DNA from: an uncultured Eubacteriales bacterium
Lineage (GTDB): Bacteria; Bacillota; Clostridia; Oscillospirales; Oscillospiraceae
DNA: 64,000 nt
NCBI GenBank assembly: GCA_900320595.1
Contig: ONSW01000001.1
Coordinates: 28,560 to 92,559 of the forward strand
Direction: 5' to 3'
This document shows positions 1 through 9,051 of this stretch, in pieces; within the stretch, counting starts at the first letter, position 1, and every line of letters starts with the position of its first letter. Position numbers and translations under genes: made by a program. The notes below the pieces were generated by a model. It was not told the origin of the DNA. It saw nothing but the letters and a program-made list of their open reading frames with translations, and did not search any database.

Positions 1-167
1 GGAGCCGGGGCAGCGGTGATGTCGGCGCCGGGGAGCGTGGAGGTAACCACAGGTGCGGGCGGCGCAGATGCGGGCGCAGGCGTGGGCTCGGGAGCGGCCT
101 GCTGACCGCAGGCGCAGAGGCAGAGGACCATTGAAATCAGCAGAGCTGACAGGATCGTTTTTTTCAT
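1..167 (-). CDS. putative lipoprotein, N-terminal fragment (gene continues past the window edge)
   Basis: Not in ORF track because it is truncated. The reverse strand has ATG at 167-165 and reads MKKTILSALLISMVLCLCACGQQAAPEPTPAP... This is a signal peptide with a Cys lipobox-like LCAC followed by a Pro/Ala linker. AGGAG lies at 175-179, 7 nt upstream. Confidence 0.55.
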   Translation of the reverse strand, partial: MKKTILSALLISMVLCLCACGQQAAPEPTPAPASAPPAPVVTSTLPGADITAAPA

Positions 168-276
168 TTTGTGTCTCCTTGCATAAAAACGGCGAGCTGA
201 GTGTGATATTCGCCGAAACTACCATGTTATTTTATCTCCTGCAGGGCATAAAGTCAACAAATACCGACAGGGGAGC

Positions 277-316
277 GAAAAAGAAAGCCGGGGCAGGAGA
301 GCTGTCCTGCCCCGGT
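277..316 (-). terminator. intrinsic terminator after the 329..2053 gene
   Basis: 12-bp GC-rich stem (287-298 / 305-316) followed on the minus strand by CTTTCTTTTT. Confidence 0.6.
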
Positions 317-328
317 GAAAAAACGGGA

Positions 329-2053
329 TCATTCGCTGTCGTCCCGGGCGGCAAAGGGTGCGCCGCAATCCGGGCAGAAGCGCGGGGGATGCGAGGGATC
401 GGGATTGGTCCAGCCGCAGTGATCGCAGACATAGGCGATAGCCTCCTTCGGCTTTGCCGCGCCGCAGGTCTTGCAGGTATAGCCGCGGTTGAAGGTGCCG
501 CACTTGCTGCAGTACCATCCGTCAAGGACAAAATCTTCTGCCTTGACGCTCTCCGCCTCGTCCGCCAAGGCATCGGCTGCAACGGCCGAGGCAGCCGCGC
601 CGTCGGAGGCACTGTCGGACATGTCGGCCTTCACGGCTTCGGCGGGCGTTTCGCCTTTGGGATCTTTTGTCATCAGCACTTCGCGCGCCTCGTCGAGCGA
701 GGCGCCCTGATAGACGGCGGAGGCTGCAGCCGGAGCTTTTGCCCGCGCGTCTGAACGCTGCGTTTCAACGGCCTGCTTATCCGCGGCGGCGCGTGCGACA
801 AGATCGTCGGCTTCGTCAAGCTCCTTTTCCCGCTTCGAGATGATCACGAGCGACACGGCCGCGGCCACAAGGGCGAGGATCAGAACGCCCATCAGGACAA
901 GCAGAAAACGGCTTGCGCTGCTGCGCTGGGACGAGGCGCGGCTTGCCTGTGTCACCGTGGGGGAGGGAGCATCGGGTGAATCGCTCGGCGCGGGCGTGGG
1001 AGCAACGGACGGCTCCGGCGTGGCAGCTGCAACGTGTGATACGGCGGCAACACGGGAGAAGGACTTTTCGCTTTCTTCTCCGTCCTTGACGCTCCATACG
1101 CCGCAGTAGTAGTAAACGGTGCCTTCGGTCTCGGGCGGGACATAGGTTTCGGAGGTGGCGCCGACGATGGCGACATCGGCCCCGTCGGAGTTCAGGTTGC
1201 TGTTGTTCTTGCTGCTGTACCACTGATAGTACAGCGTGCCGGCATTCGGGTCGGTTGCTTTGACAGACAACGTATCAGAATCAGACGTCACAAAGGGATC
1301 CTTTGTGATCGACGGGCGCATCAGCCCGCTTTTCTCCACCGTGATCACGGCGCCCTTTGTAAACGCGGAGGTGTTGCCCTGGCCGACAAATTTGCACACG
1401 GCTTTCCAGCCGTTCATCTCGTATGGGATCCCGCTGAGTTTGAGCGTGTCCCGATCATAGCCTTCAGCGGTAGCGCCTGTGAAATGAGTAGCGACGGTCT
1501 TTGCATCATAGGAGGTTTTCCCGTCGGGACTCTCGAGACGCCAGATGATGTCGATGGCATCATCTGCATACGCGATAAAGTAGCAGGTGCCGCCTTCCAG
1601 AACGGTCTCTCCGGTCGGATCTTTGGTAATGGTGGGGGCGACGGGCTCGGGCGTCGGTTCCGGCGTGGGAACAGGGGTGGGAGCGGGCGTCGCTTCCGGC
1701 GTGGGCGTGGGGGCAGGCTCGGTCACACGAATGACGATGGTATATGTCTCGTCGCCGTCGGAGGTCGTGATCCGCATCTCGCAGCTGTAATTGCCAGAGG
1801 CCGTTGGCGTGCCGACGAGCTTGACAGCGCCGTCTGAAAGCGTCGGCTGGATGCCGGCGGGAAGCGTACCGCTTGCGATCTCAAAGCCCGTCGCACTCGC
1901 TCCCTCGGGCAGAGGGACCGTGTAATTCAGCGCCGCGCCTAGATCACAGGAGATCTCCGGCAATTCCACAGCAAACGCTGCGGCGGACAAAAAGGCCGTG
2001 AACAGGCAGAGGATCAGCAGAAGAGACAGCAGACGCCTCGATGTATGTTTCAT
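329..2053 (-). CDS. surface protein with Ig-like repeats, one TM helix and a cytoplasmic double zinc-ribbon tail
   Basis: Signal peptide MKHTSRRLLSLLLILCLFTAFLSAAAFA. Three beta-sandwich-like modules are joined by PTPEPTPEP linkers. One TM helix (FLLVLMGVLILALVAAAVSLVII). The C-terminus carries CSKCG..CKTCG and CDHCG..CPDCG. AGGAG RBS lies before ATG 2053. Confidence 0.8.
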   Translation of the reverse strand: MKHTSRRLLSLLLILCLFTAFLSAAAFAVELPEISCDLGAALNYTVPLPEGASATGFEIASGTLPAGIQPTLSDGAVKLVGTPTASGNYSCEMRITTSDGDETYTIVIRVTEPAPTPTPEATPAPTPVPTPEPTPEPVAPTITKDPTGETVLEGGTCYFIAYADDAIDIIWRLESPDGKTSYDAKTVATHFTGATAEGYDRDTLKLSGIPYEMNGWKAVCKFVGQGNTSAFTKGAVITVEKSGLMRPSITKDPFVTSDSDTLSVKATDPNAGTLYYQWYSSKNNSNLNSDGADVAIVGATSETYVPPETEGTVYYYCGVWSVKDGEESEKSFSRVAAVSHVAAATPEPSVAPTPAPSDSPDAPSPTVTQASRASSQRSSASRFLLVLMGVLILALVAAAVSLVIISKREKELDEADDLVARAAADKQAVETQRSDARAKAPAAASAVYQGASLDEAREVLMTKDPKGETPAEAVKADMSDSASDGAAASAVAADALADEAESVKAEDFVLDGWYCSKCGTFNRGYTCKTCGAAKPKEAIAYVCDHCGWTNPDPSHPPRFCPDCGAPFAARDDSE

Positions 2054-2219
2054 TCTATATATCTCCTTTGAAAAAGGGTTGCTCGGATTATGTCACCTTG
2101 TGACTTATCATAGCAAACTTCGGCAGGATTTACAAGGTCAATCCCGCTTTTTAAGCAAAATTCATAATTTAAAAAATGAAAGAGCCGGAGCCTTTTCAGG
2201 CCCCGGCCGATCGTTTCCT

Positions 2220-2822
2220 TTATACTCTTTCGCGGTTTCTGCCGATATGGATCAGACGGACGATGATCGGGCTGAGAATGATGTTGAACAGCAGCTCAAA
2301 AAGAAAGTTGCCGCCCACAAGCCCGAAGATCATGTATTTGCCGACGCTCTCAAAGCCCATTCCGGCGGCCCACTCACTGATCGTGGGCATGAAGAAGGCC
2401 AGACAGCCAAGCAGGAAAACGCCGGTGTTGACGACCGGGCAGACGACCGCAGCCGCGACCACGGCCAAATCAACGCCGTGCACCTTGGTCTCGGAGCGGG
2501 AGAGGGCCTTGTAGACAAGACCGGCGCACAGACCCGCCAGCGAGCCCTTGAGCAGAACGGTCAGGATCGTGCCGAGCGGGCTGACGACAAGGAAAGCGGC
2601 GGCGTCTCCGGAGAGGAGAACGACCATGCCGAACACAAAGCCGAACCAGGCACCGGCAAGAGGACCGTACATCGCGGCACCGACAACGATCGGGATCAGG
2701 ACCAGAGAGATCGAGAACGGACCGAAGCGAACAAAGGCACCGAGAAACTGTAAAATGACCACAACGGCTGTGAGCAGAGCCATCCCGGTCAGCGTACGGG
2801 TGGAAATAGACTTCTTTTCCAT
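2220..2822 (-). CDS. ECF transporter S component (substrate unassigned; folate-operon context)
   Basis: Start trimmed to MEKKSISTRTLTGMALLTAVVVILQF (ATG 2822). Small polytopic protein with the look of ECF S units. Last gene of the folD-folC string. Confidence 0.7.
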   Translation of the reverse strand: MEKKSISTRTLTGMALLTAVVVILQFLGAFVRFGPFSISLVLIPIVVGAAMYGPLAGAWFGFVFGMVVLLSGDAAAFLVVSPLGTILTVLLKGSLAGLCAGLVYKALSRSETKVHGVDLAVVAAAVVCPVVNTGVFLLGCLAFFMPTISEWAAGMGFESVGKYMIFGLVGGNFLFELLFNIILSPIIVRLIHIGRNRERV

Positions 2823-2899
2823 ATTCAATTCCTTTCTGCTGTCGCTCCGGTCAGGCCGGATGCGGCGCAAGCATATGATAGACCCGCGGCGATTGATTG

Positions 2900-3445
2900 T
2901 CAATCGTCAGTTTCCGCCTGTGTGTCAGAGAAAAACAGGCGGCGCAGCGTCTTGAGCAGCGGCGGAAGAATAAGCGAAAACACAACGGCCGTGATCACGC
3001 CCGCGGCAATGCGCAGAAGGAGCGTGGGAAGCGCGGCGGCGTAGGAATAGGAATAGACCCAGCTGTCGACATAGAGGAGGAGCGTGTTGAGCGCCGTGAC
3101 AAAGAGCGCGGTCACGACCGTGATGAACACGGTCTGTGGCGTCGTCATGGAAAAGCCGTGCCGTTTGGCATACAGCCCCACGAAGAGTCCGCGCAGCCCG
3201 GCGGGCAGGATCCAGAGCAGCGTCGTGACGGTAAAGCCATAGGTAATCATCTGATTGAGAAAGCTGCCGACGAGTCCGACGGCAAGCCCGTCGATCGGCC
3301 CGAGCAGCGCAGCCCCGATCAGGATCGGGAGAGAATCAAGCGTGATCTTCATGCCGGGGAGATTGATCGAAAACAAACTCAGCACGACGAACATGGCCGC
3401 GAGCATCGCATCAAGGGCCAGACGTTTTGTTTTGGTGATCTTCAT
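2900..3445 (-). CDS. folate-family ECF transporter S component (FolT-like)
   Basis: Start trimmed to MKITKTKRLALDAMLAAMFVVLSLF (ATG 3445). About 180-aa 6-TM-type protein, 22 nt downstream of the cyclodeaminase gene. Confidence 0.7.
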   Translation of the reverse strand: MKITKTKRLALDAMLAAMFVVLSLFSINLPGMKITLDSLPILIGAALLGPIDGLAVGLVGSFLNQMITYGFTVTTLLWILPAGLRGLFVGLYAKRHGFSMTTPQTVFITVVTALFVTALNTLLLYVDSWVYSYSYAAALPTLLLRIAAGVITAVVFSLILPPLLKTLRRLFFSDTQAETDD

Positions 3446-3467
3446 GAGGGACACGTCCTTTCGTCTC

Positions 3468-4088
3468 TCAAAATCCGAGCGCAGCGGCGACCGCGTTGCA
3501 GACAGCGTCCGCCCGGACGGCGTATTCGCGTTCCTTTTCCTCCAGCTCTGCCGAGAGAGACTCGGCATATTCTCTATCGCGCATGAGCGCGGTGTTGACC
3601 TTGACGTTGATCACGGCGCCCCGCAGAGCACCCCCGGCCAGCGCGGCGGCCGTGGCGGCGTCAGAGAGGACGAGGCGGCTGCCGCAGGCGGCGCAGCCCT
3701 CCGCCAGCTCGATCACCGCGCAGCAGGCGTCCGCGATCTTTTTCGGCGCGGAGGCCGCCTGACGCAGACAGCTCTCAAGGATCTCGGCGCGATCCGGCGT
3801 ATCCTTCGGCAGCGAATAGGCGCGTGAGAGCGGGGCGAAAGCCTCGGCGTCGGCGTCGATCAGAGCCAAAAGCTCCTGCCGCGCCGCCTCGGCACGGATA
3901 CCGAGCCCCGATAGCTCGGCCTCATGGCCGGCGCACTGCTTTTTGCCGATGCTCAGAGCGACGACCATCGAAGCAAGCCCGGCAGCGAGCGCACCGCACA
4001 GAGCCGCGGCACCGCCGCCGCCCGGGGAGGGGAGGGATGAGGCGAGATCGGAGAGAAACGCATCCAGGCTTTGATCCTTTGCAGACAT
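3468..4088 (-). CDS. cyclodeaminase/cyclohydrolase family protein (FTCD C-terminal-like, methenyl-THF cyclohydrolase type)
   Basis: Start trimmed to MSAKDQSLDAFLSDL (ATG 4088). Gly/Ala-rich helix PSPGGGGAAALCGALAAGLASMV is typical of the family. The 369-aa track ORF is an in-frame extension running into folC. Confidence 0.8.
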   Translation of the reverse strand: MSAKDQSLDAFLSDLASSLPSPGGGGAAALCGALAAGLASMVVALSIGKKQCAGHEAELSGLGIRAEAARQELLALIDADAEAFAPLSRAYSLPKDTPDRAEILESCLRQAASAPKKIADACCAVIELAEGCAACGSRLVLSDAATAAALAGGALRGAVINVKVNTALMRDREYAESLSAELEEKEREYAVRADAVCNAVAAALGF

Positions 4089-4104
4089 GAAAACCGCTCC
4101 TTTT

Positions 4105-5370
4105 TCAATACATACCAAGTTGATAGCGCACGCTTCCGGCCAGATATACCGAGCCGGCGGCGCAGACCATGCCGTCACTGCCCGCGCGGTCTTTGGCCGT
4201 GAAAACTGCGTCGGAAACACTGTTGCATACCGTGACGGGCTTACCAAATGGCTTGAGCACTGCGGCAAGCTCCTCCGGCGGCAACGCGCGGGGACTCTCG
4301 GGCGCGGTGCAGACATACTCGTCGGCGGCCCGGTCGAGGATCGCGGCCATCTGGGCATAGTCCTTGTCCCGCAGCACCCCGAGCAAAAGCACACGGCGCG
4401 TGTCGGGGAAATAGTGCAGAAGACTGTCACGAACGGCCTCGGCACACTGGGGATTGTGGCCGCCGTCGACGATAAAATACGGATCGTCCGTGCAGACTTC
4501 AAACCGGCCGGGCCAGCTCGCGGCATACAGACCGTGCTCCAGCGCGTCCTGCTCGATCGTCCAGCCGCGGGCGGCAAGCACCCTTACGGTCTCGATCACG
4601 ACGGCCGCGTTCCGGCGCTGGTGCGCGCCAAGCAGGGAGAGCGCGTATTGCTCGCCCCGGTAGGAAAAAACCTGGCCCTCAAGACTGTCGAATTCTGCTG
4701 TGAGCGCGTCAAAGCGCGGCAGCGTGAGCGTGCAGCAAAGCTCGGCGCAGCGGCGGCGGAAGACCTCAAGGACGGATTCCGCCTGCTCGTAGACGACGCA
4801 GGGGACGCCCGGCTTGATGATGCCGGCCTTTTCACCGGCGATCGCTTCGACCGTGTCGCCCAGAATGCGCGTATGGTCAAGACCGATGTTCATGATGACC
4901 GTGCACGCCGGTTCGTCAATGATGTTCGTCGCGTCAAAGCGCCCGCCGAGACCGGCCTCCAGCACGACGACGTCGCATGCTTCCTCCACGAACCAGAGCA
5001 TGGCCGTGGCGGTGATCAGTTCAAACTCGGTCGGGTGCTCGTTCATCTTCTCGGCCTTGTCACGGACAGCGGCGACGCAGCGGGAAAGCGCGTCGGGCGA
5101 GATCTCCTCGCCGTTTACCTGCATGCGCTCGGAAAAACGGTAGAGATAGGGCGAGGTGTAAAGCCCGGTGCGGTATCCTGCCGTACGAAGAACGGAGGAG
5201 AGCATCGCGGCGCAGCTTCCTTTGCCGTTCGTGCCGGCGATGTGGATGAATTTAAGCTTCTTCTGCGGATCGCCGAGAGCTTCAAGCAGCTCCCGGATGC
5301 GGCGAAGCGAAGGCTCGGCGCCAAACCAGCGCGCGCCGTCGAGATAGGCAAGTGCTTCTTTGTATTCCAT
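4105..5370 (-). CDS. folC: bifunctional folylpolyglutamate synthase / dihydrofolate synthase
   Basis: MEYKEALAYL start (ATG 5370). Mur-ligase P-loop IAGTNGKGS and the full-length FolC pattern are present. Confidence 0.9.
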   Translation of the reverse strand: MEYKEALAYLDGARWFGAEPSLRRIRELLEALGDPQKKLKFIHIAGTNGKGSCAAMLSSVLRTAGYRTGLYTSPYLYRFSERMQVNGEEISPDALSRCVAAVRDKAEKMNEHPTEFELITATAMLWFVEEACDVVVLEAGLGGRFDATNIIDEPACTVIMNIGLDHTRILGDTVEAIAGEKAGIIKPGVPCVVYEQAESVLEVFRRRCAELCCTLTLPRFDALTAEFDSLEGQVFSYRGEQYALSLLGAHQRRNAAVVIETVRVLAARGWTIEQDALEHGLYAASWPGRFEVCTDDPYFIVDGGHNPQCAEAVRDSLLHYFPDTRRVLLLGVLRDKDYAQMAAILDRAADEYVCTAPESPRALPPEELAAVLKPFGKPVTVCNSVSDAVFTAKDRAGSDGMVCAAGSVYLAGSVRYQLGMY

Positions 5371-5371
5371 C

Positions 5372-6229
5372 TTATTCCGCCAGTCTTTCCGCAGCCTCGA
5401 CGACATGAGAGGCCAGAATCGTCGAGGTGACGGCGCCGATCCCGCCGGGAACCGCGCTGATAGCGTCGACGATCTGCTCGGCCGCGTCGTGATCTACGTC
5501 GCCGCAGAGCTTTTGCCGTATCTCGTCATAGTTGATGCCGATGTCGATGACGACCTGGCCGGAGCGGAGATGAGCGGCCGTGACGGTGTTGATATGTCCC
5601 GTGGCGGTCACAATGATATCCGCCTCGCGCGTCATAGCTTTGAGATCGGCAGTACGCGTGTGGCAGACGGTGACGGTCGCGTGCTCGCGCAGCAGAAGCA
5701 ATGCCGCGGGCCTGCCCGTGACAAGGCTGCGCCCCACGACGACAGCGCGTTTACCGCAGACGGGGATCTTATAATAGCGCAGCATTTCGATCACCGCCTG
5801 GGCGGTGCAGGGGAAGAAGGCATGCTCCTCCCCGGCGTAAACAGCAGCCATCGAGCGCGAGGTGATGCCGTCCACGTCTTTTTCCGGAGCGATCGCGTCG
5901 CAGACCCTGCGCGCGTCCATTTCCGCCGGCAGCGGGCGGAAAAAGAGGATTCCGTGGATGGCGCGGTCATCATTCATCTTTTCGATGAGCGAGATGAGCT
6001 CCTCTTCCGTGACACCGGCGGGAAGCACATGCTTCTCCAGCTTGATCCCGAGCGACTCACAGCGCTTCGTCGCGCTGCGCTCATAGGAAAGATCGCCCGG
6101 CCGCTCGCCGATACGGATCATCCCGAGACAGGGGACGACGCCCCTTTCGGCAAGCGCGGCAATACGCGTTTTCAGTTGTTCACTCAGCGCCTCGGCAACG
6201 GGAGCGCCTTTTAATACTTCAGCCGGCAT
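5372..6229 (-). CDS. folD: bifunctional methylene-THF dehydrogenase / methenyl-THF cyclohydrolase
   Basis: MPAEVLKGAPVAEAL start (ATG 6229). Motifs GILFFRPLP and VVVGRSLVTGRPAA, and C-terminal PGGIGAVT. Its stop lies 1 nt from the folC ATG. Confidence 0.9.
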   Translation of the reverse strand: MPAEVLKGAPVAEALSEQLKTRIAALAERGVVPCLGMIRIGERPGDLSYERSATKRCESLGIKLEKHVLPAGVTEEELISLIEKMNDDRAIHGILFFRPLPAEMDARRVCDAIAPEKDVDGITSRSMAAVYAGEEHAFFPCTAQAVIEMLRYYKIPVCGKRAVVVGRSLVTGRPAALLLLREHATVTVCHTRTADLKAMTREADIIVTATGHINTVTAAHLRSGQVVIDIGINYDEIRQKLCGDVDHDAAEQIVDAISAVPGGIGAVTSTILASHVVEAAERLAE

Positions 6230-6371
6230 AGTTTTCACCTTTCGGCACGCCGCGGAGGGCGCGCTTTGCATATCATTACAATTTTACAGTATACCATAGA
6301 CCGGGGGACAAAGGAAAGAGTTTCTTATAAGAAAAAGCGGCATGCCGAAGCATACCGCTTTCGCTTTGTAA

Positions 6372-6812
6372 TCATTCCCCGCCGCGCTCTTTCTTCGCCA
6401 GATCGTTCGTGTCGATCGAATCGCGGAAGACGAAAAAGCGCTGATAGAGAAACTCTGTGACAAAGTTGAGGACCATATTGATGGCCGTGACAAGATAGCC
6501 GTTCCAGCCGAGAGAATCGGCCAAGAGATGCTCCAGCTTCGTGCTCAGCGGTGTGAACACCGCATAGTAGCATGCCACTTTCAGCATCGCGACGGGGACG
6601 TTGTTGGCCGATTTGAAGGTGAACTTGCGATTGAGCGTGAAGTTCCACAACACGGAGAGAACAAGGGCGAGCAGATAGCTCAGCCAGTTCGACCAGCCCA
6701 GCAGCTCCTTGAACAGGGCAAAGCTGCCCATCTGGATCAGCCCGGCCGAGATCGAGAACAGCAGGAACTTGATCGAGCGGATCAGTTCTTTTTTCTTTTC
6801 GGATTTTTCCAT
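6372..6812 (-). CDS. GtrA family membrane protein
   Basis: 146 aa with 4 hydrophobic segments. WNFTLNRKFTFK is typical of GtrA-like proteins. Confidence 0.8.
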   Translation of the reverse strand: MEKSEKKKELIRSIKFLLFSISAGLIQMGSFALFKELLGWSNWLSYLLALVLSVLWNFTLNRKFTFKSANNVPVAMLKVACYYAVFTPLSTKLEHLLADSLGWNGYLVTAINMVLNFVTEFLYQRFFVFRDSIDTNDLAKKERGGE

Positions 6813-6904
6813 GGTCTGATTTCCTCAATAAACAAGAATAAGGCGGGAGATAACTCCCGCCTTATTATATCAAGTTTTTGAAGCATGTCAAGAAAGCAGC
6901 GCGA

Positions 6905-7276
6905 TCAGAGCTCGGCAATGACCTCACACTCGAGCAGCACGTCCTTCGGAAGCCGCGCGACCTCTACGCAGGAACGGGCGGGGAAGGGAGAAGTGAAGTA
7001 CTGGGCGTAGATCTCGTTGATCTTGCCGAAGTCGTTCATGTTTTTGATGAACACCGTCGTCTTGACAGCCTTGGATATATCGCTTCCTGCGGCGGCGAGA
7101 AGCGCTGTGATGTTGCGGAACACCTGGTGCGCCTGCGCCTCGAGTCCCTCGGCGAGGAGCCCGGTCTCGGGGATGATGGGGATCTGGCCGGAAGCAAAGA
7201 CGAAGCCTCCGGAAATCTGCGCCTGGGAATAGGGGCCGATCGCGGCCGGTGCTTTTTCGGTGGAAACGGTTTTCAT
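6905..7276 (-). CDS. ridA: RidA family enamine/imine deaminase
   Basis: APAAIGPYSQA, ASGQIP and ARSCVEVARLPKDVLLE are YjgF/RidA signatures. The gene lies directly downstream of ilvA. Confidence 0.9.
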   Translation of the reverse strand: MKTVSTEKAPAAIGPYSQAQISGGFVFASGQIPIIPETGLLAEGLEAQAHQVFRNITALLAAAGSDISKAVKTTVFIKNMNDFGKINEIYAQYFTSPFPARSCVEVARLPKDVLLECEVIAEL

Positions 7277-7303
7277 ATAAAGTCCTCCTTCTATTCGATA
7301 CGA

Positions 7304-8515
7304 TCAGATCTCGGATTCGACGGCATAGCCCTTTTCGCGCAGGGCACAGATCACGGCGTTGCCGTGCTCCTCTCCGCCAACCTCGAGCGATACGTGGACG
7401 TTCGTCTCGTTGGGATTGAGTCCCTCGCTGAGCTTGTCGTGCTCAAGCTGGATGATATTGGCGCCGGTGGACGAGATGACGCCGAGCATCTGCAGCAGAC
7501 TGCCCGGACGGTCGACCACCGTGACGACAAATTTGATGCGGCGGTGGCGGGCGACAAGACCGCGCTCGATGATGCTCTGGATAAAGCTGACGTCGATGTT
7601 GCCGCCGGAGAGCACGCAGACGACACGTTTGCCCGTGATGTCGAGCTTTCCGCTTAAAATCGCGGCGAGCGGCGTGGCGCCGGCCGGCTCGACGACCTGC
7701 TTGCAGCGCTCGAGCAGCAGCAGGATCGCATCGGCAATCTCAGTGTCGGAAACCGTCAAGATGCCGTCGGCATAGCGGCGGATGAGCTCGACCGTAATGT
7801 CGCCCGGCGCCTTGACGGCGATGCCGTCCGCGATCGTGGAGGCGGTGTCGGTCGTGACGAGCTTTCCTTCGCGGAAACTGCGGGCGATGGCGTCGGCGCC
7901 TTCAGCCTGGACGCCGTAGACCTTGACGCGGGGATTGAGCTGCTTGATCGCGGCGGAAACGCCGGCGAGCAGACCGCCGCCGCCGGCCGGAACGATCACA
8001 ATATCGACGGCCGGGAGATCGCCCAGGATCTCCATACCGAGCGTGCCCTGCCCGGCGATGACCTCAAGATCGTTATACGGATGGAGGAAGGTCGCACCCT
8101 CCTCGCGGCAGATCTCACAGGCGCGCGCATAGGCGTCGTCATAACAGTCCCCGGCCAGCACGACCCTGGCGCCGTAGCCTTCCGTGGCCTGGACCTTGGC
8201 GATCGGGGCGGCCTTGGGCATGACGATCGTGGAGGGGATGCCGAATTTCTTGGCGGCATAGGCCACGCCCTGCGCGTGGTTGCCGGCGGAGGAAGCGACG
8301 ACGGAGCATGTTTCGCCCCGCTCGACCATTGCGGCTATCTTGTTGCTGGCGCCGCGGATCTTGAACGAGCCTGTCTTCTGGCGGTTTTCGCATTTCAGAT
8401 AGACTTTTCCGCCGGCCATGGCGGAGAAAGTGGAGGAGAGATCCAGCTCGGTATGATGCAGGATCGGCTTGAGACGCTCCTGCGCCTGTTCAAATTCTTT
8501 CAGCTCGAGTTCCAT
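7304..8515 (-). CDS. ilvA: threonine ammonia-lyase (short form with C-terminal ACT-like domain)
   Basis: PLP-lysine motif QKTGSFKIRGA, glycine loop VPAGGGGLLAG, and a C-terminal regulatory domain. Confidence 0.9.
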   Translation of the reverse strand: MELELKEFEQAQERLKPILHHTELDLSSTFSAMAGGKVYLKCENRQKTGSFKIRGASNKIAAMVERGETCSVVASSAGNHAQGVAYAAKKFGIPSTIVMPKAAPIAKVQATEGYGARVVLAGDCYDDAYARACEICREEGATFLHPYNDLEVIAGQGTLGMEILGDLPAVDIVIVPAGGGGLLAGVSAAIKQLNPRVKVYGVQAEGADAIARSFREGKLVTTDTASTIADGIAVKAPGDITVELIRRYADGILTVSDTEIADAILLLLERCKQVVEPAGATPLAAILSGKLDITGKRVVCVLSGGNIDVSFIQSIIERGLVARHRRIKFVVTVVDRPGSLLQMLGVISSTGANIIQLEHDKLSEGLNPNETNVHVSLEVGGEEHGNAVICALREKGYAVESEI

Positions 8516-8640
8516 ATGCGATCCTCCGATAAATAGATTTCAAACTCTAACTCGTATTGTACGCCGATGGCGGACAAAAAACAAACCGGGAAAAGAAAAA
8601 CGTCATTCGGCACAAAACTGAATGACGTTTTTTGGGGATT

Positions 8641-9009
8641 TTAGCGCTTCGGTACGATCTCGATCCAGTATCCGTCGGGATCTTCGATGAAATAAATGCC
8701 CATGCCCGGGTTTTCAAAACAGATGCAGCCCATCTTCTCGTGCTTTTCATGCGCAGCGGCCATGTCGTCCGTTACAAAGGCAAGGTGATACTCCTGCTCG
8801 CCGAGATCATAAGGCTCGGTACGGTCGGTCATGTAGGTCAGTTCGAGGCGAAAGTCGGTCGTGCCATCGCCGAGAAAGTTGATGATAAAGCTGCCGTCGG
8901 CGGCTTTCTTCTCGCGCACGACCTTCAGCCCGAGCGCCTCGTCATAAAACTTCAGCGAGCGATCAAGATCCAGAACATTGAAATTGAAATGGTTGAAAGC
9001 AAAGGTCAT
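8641..9009 (-). CDS. VOC family protein (glyoxalase I-like)
   Basis: 122 aa. N-terminal FNHFNFNVLDLDRSLKFY and C-terminal IEDPDGYWIEIV are typical of lactoylglutathione-lyase-like VOC proteins. Confidence 0.8.
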   Translation of the reverse strand: MTFAFNHFNFNVLDLDRSLKFYDEALGLKVVREKKAADGSFIINFLGDGTTDFRLELTYMTDRTEPYDLGEQEYHLAFVTDDMAAAHEKHEKMGCICFENPGMGIYFIEDPDGYWIEIVPKR

Positions 9010-9051
9010 GTTTTTCCTCCTTTTTGCTCTTCCTGTTTACGTCCTATCTGC

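Noticed and set aside
2823-2899. THF riboswitch before the ECF S-component genes (also 6230-6290 before folD)
   Set aside because: The gaps are 77 and ~55 transcribed nt, and neither shows a recognisable THF-I or THF-II consensus by eye. A covariance-model scan would settle it.
4089-4577. Upstream extension of the cyclodeaminase ORF (track ORF 3468..4577)
   Set aside because: The extension overlaps the 3' part of folC in another frame and is Arg/Pro/Ser-rich. The family-typical protein begins at MSAKDQ (ATG 4088).
4087-5430. 447-aa ORF on the + strand
   Set aside because: Antisense to folC. No recognisable motif and a shadow-ORF composition.
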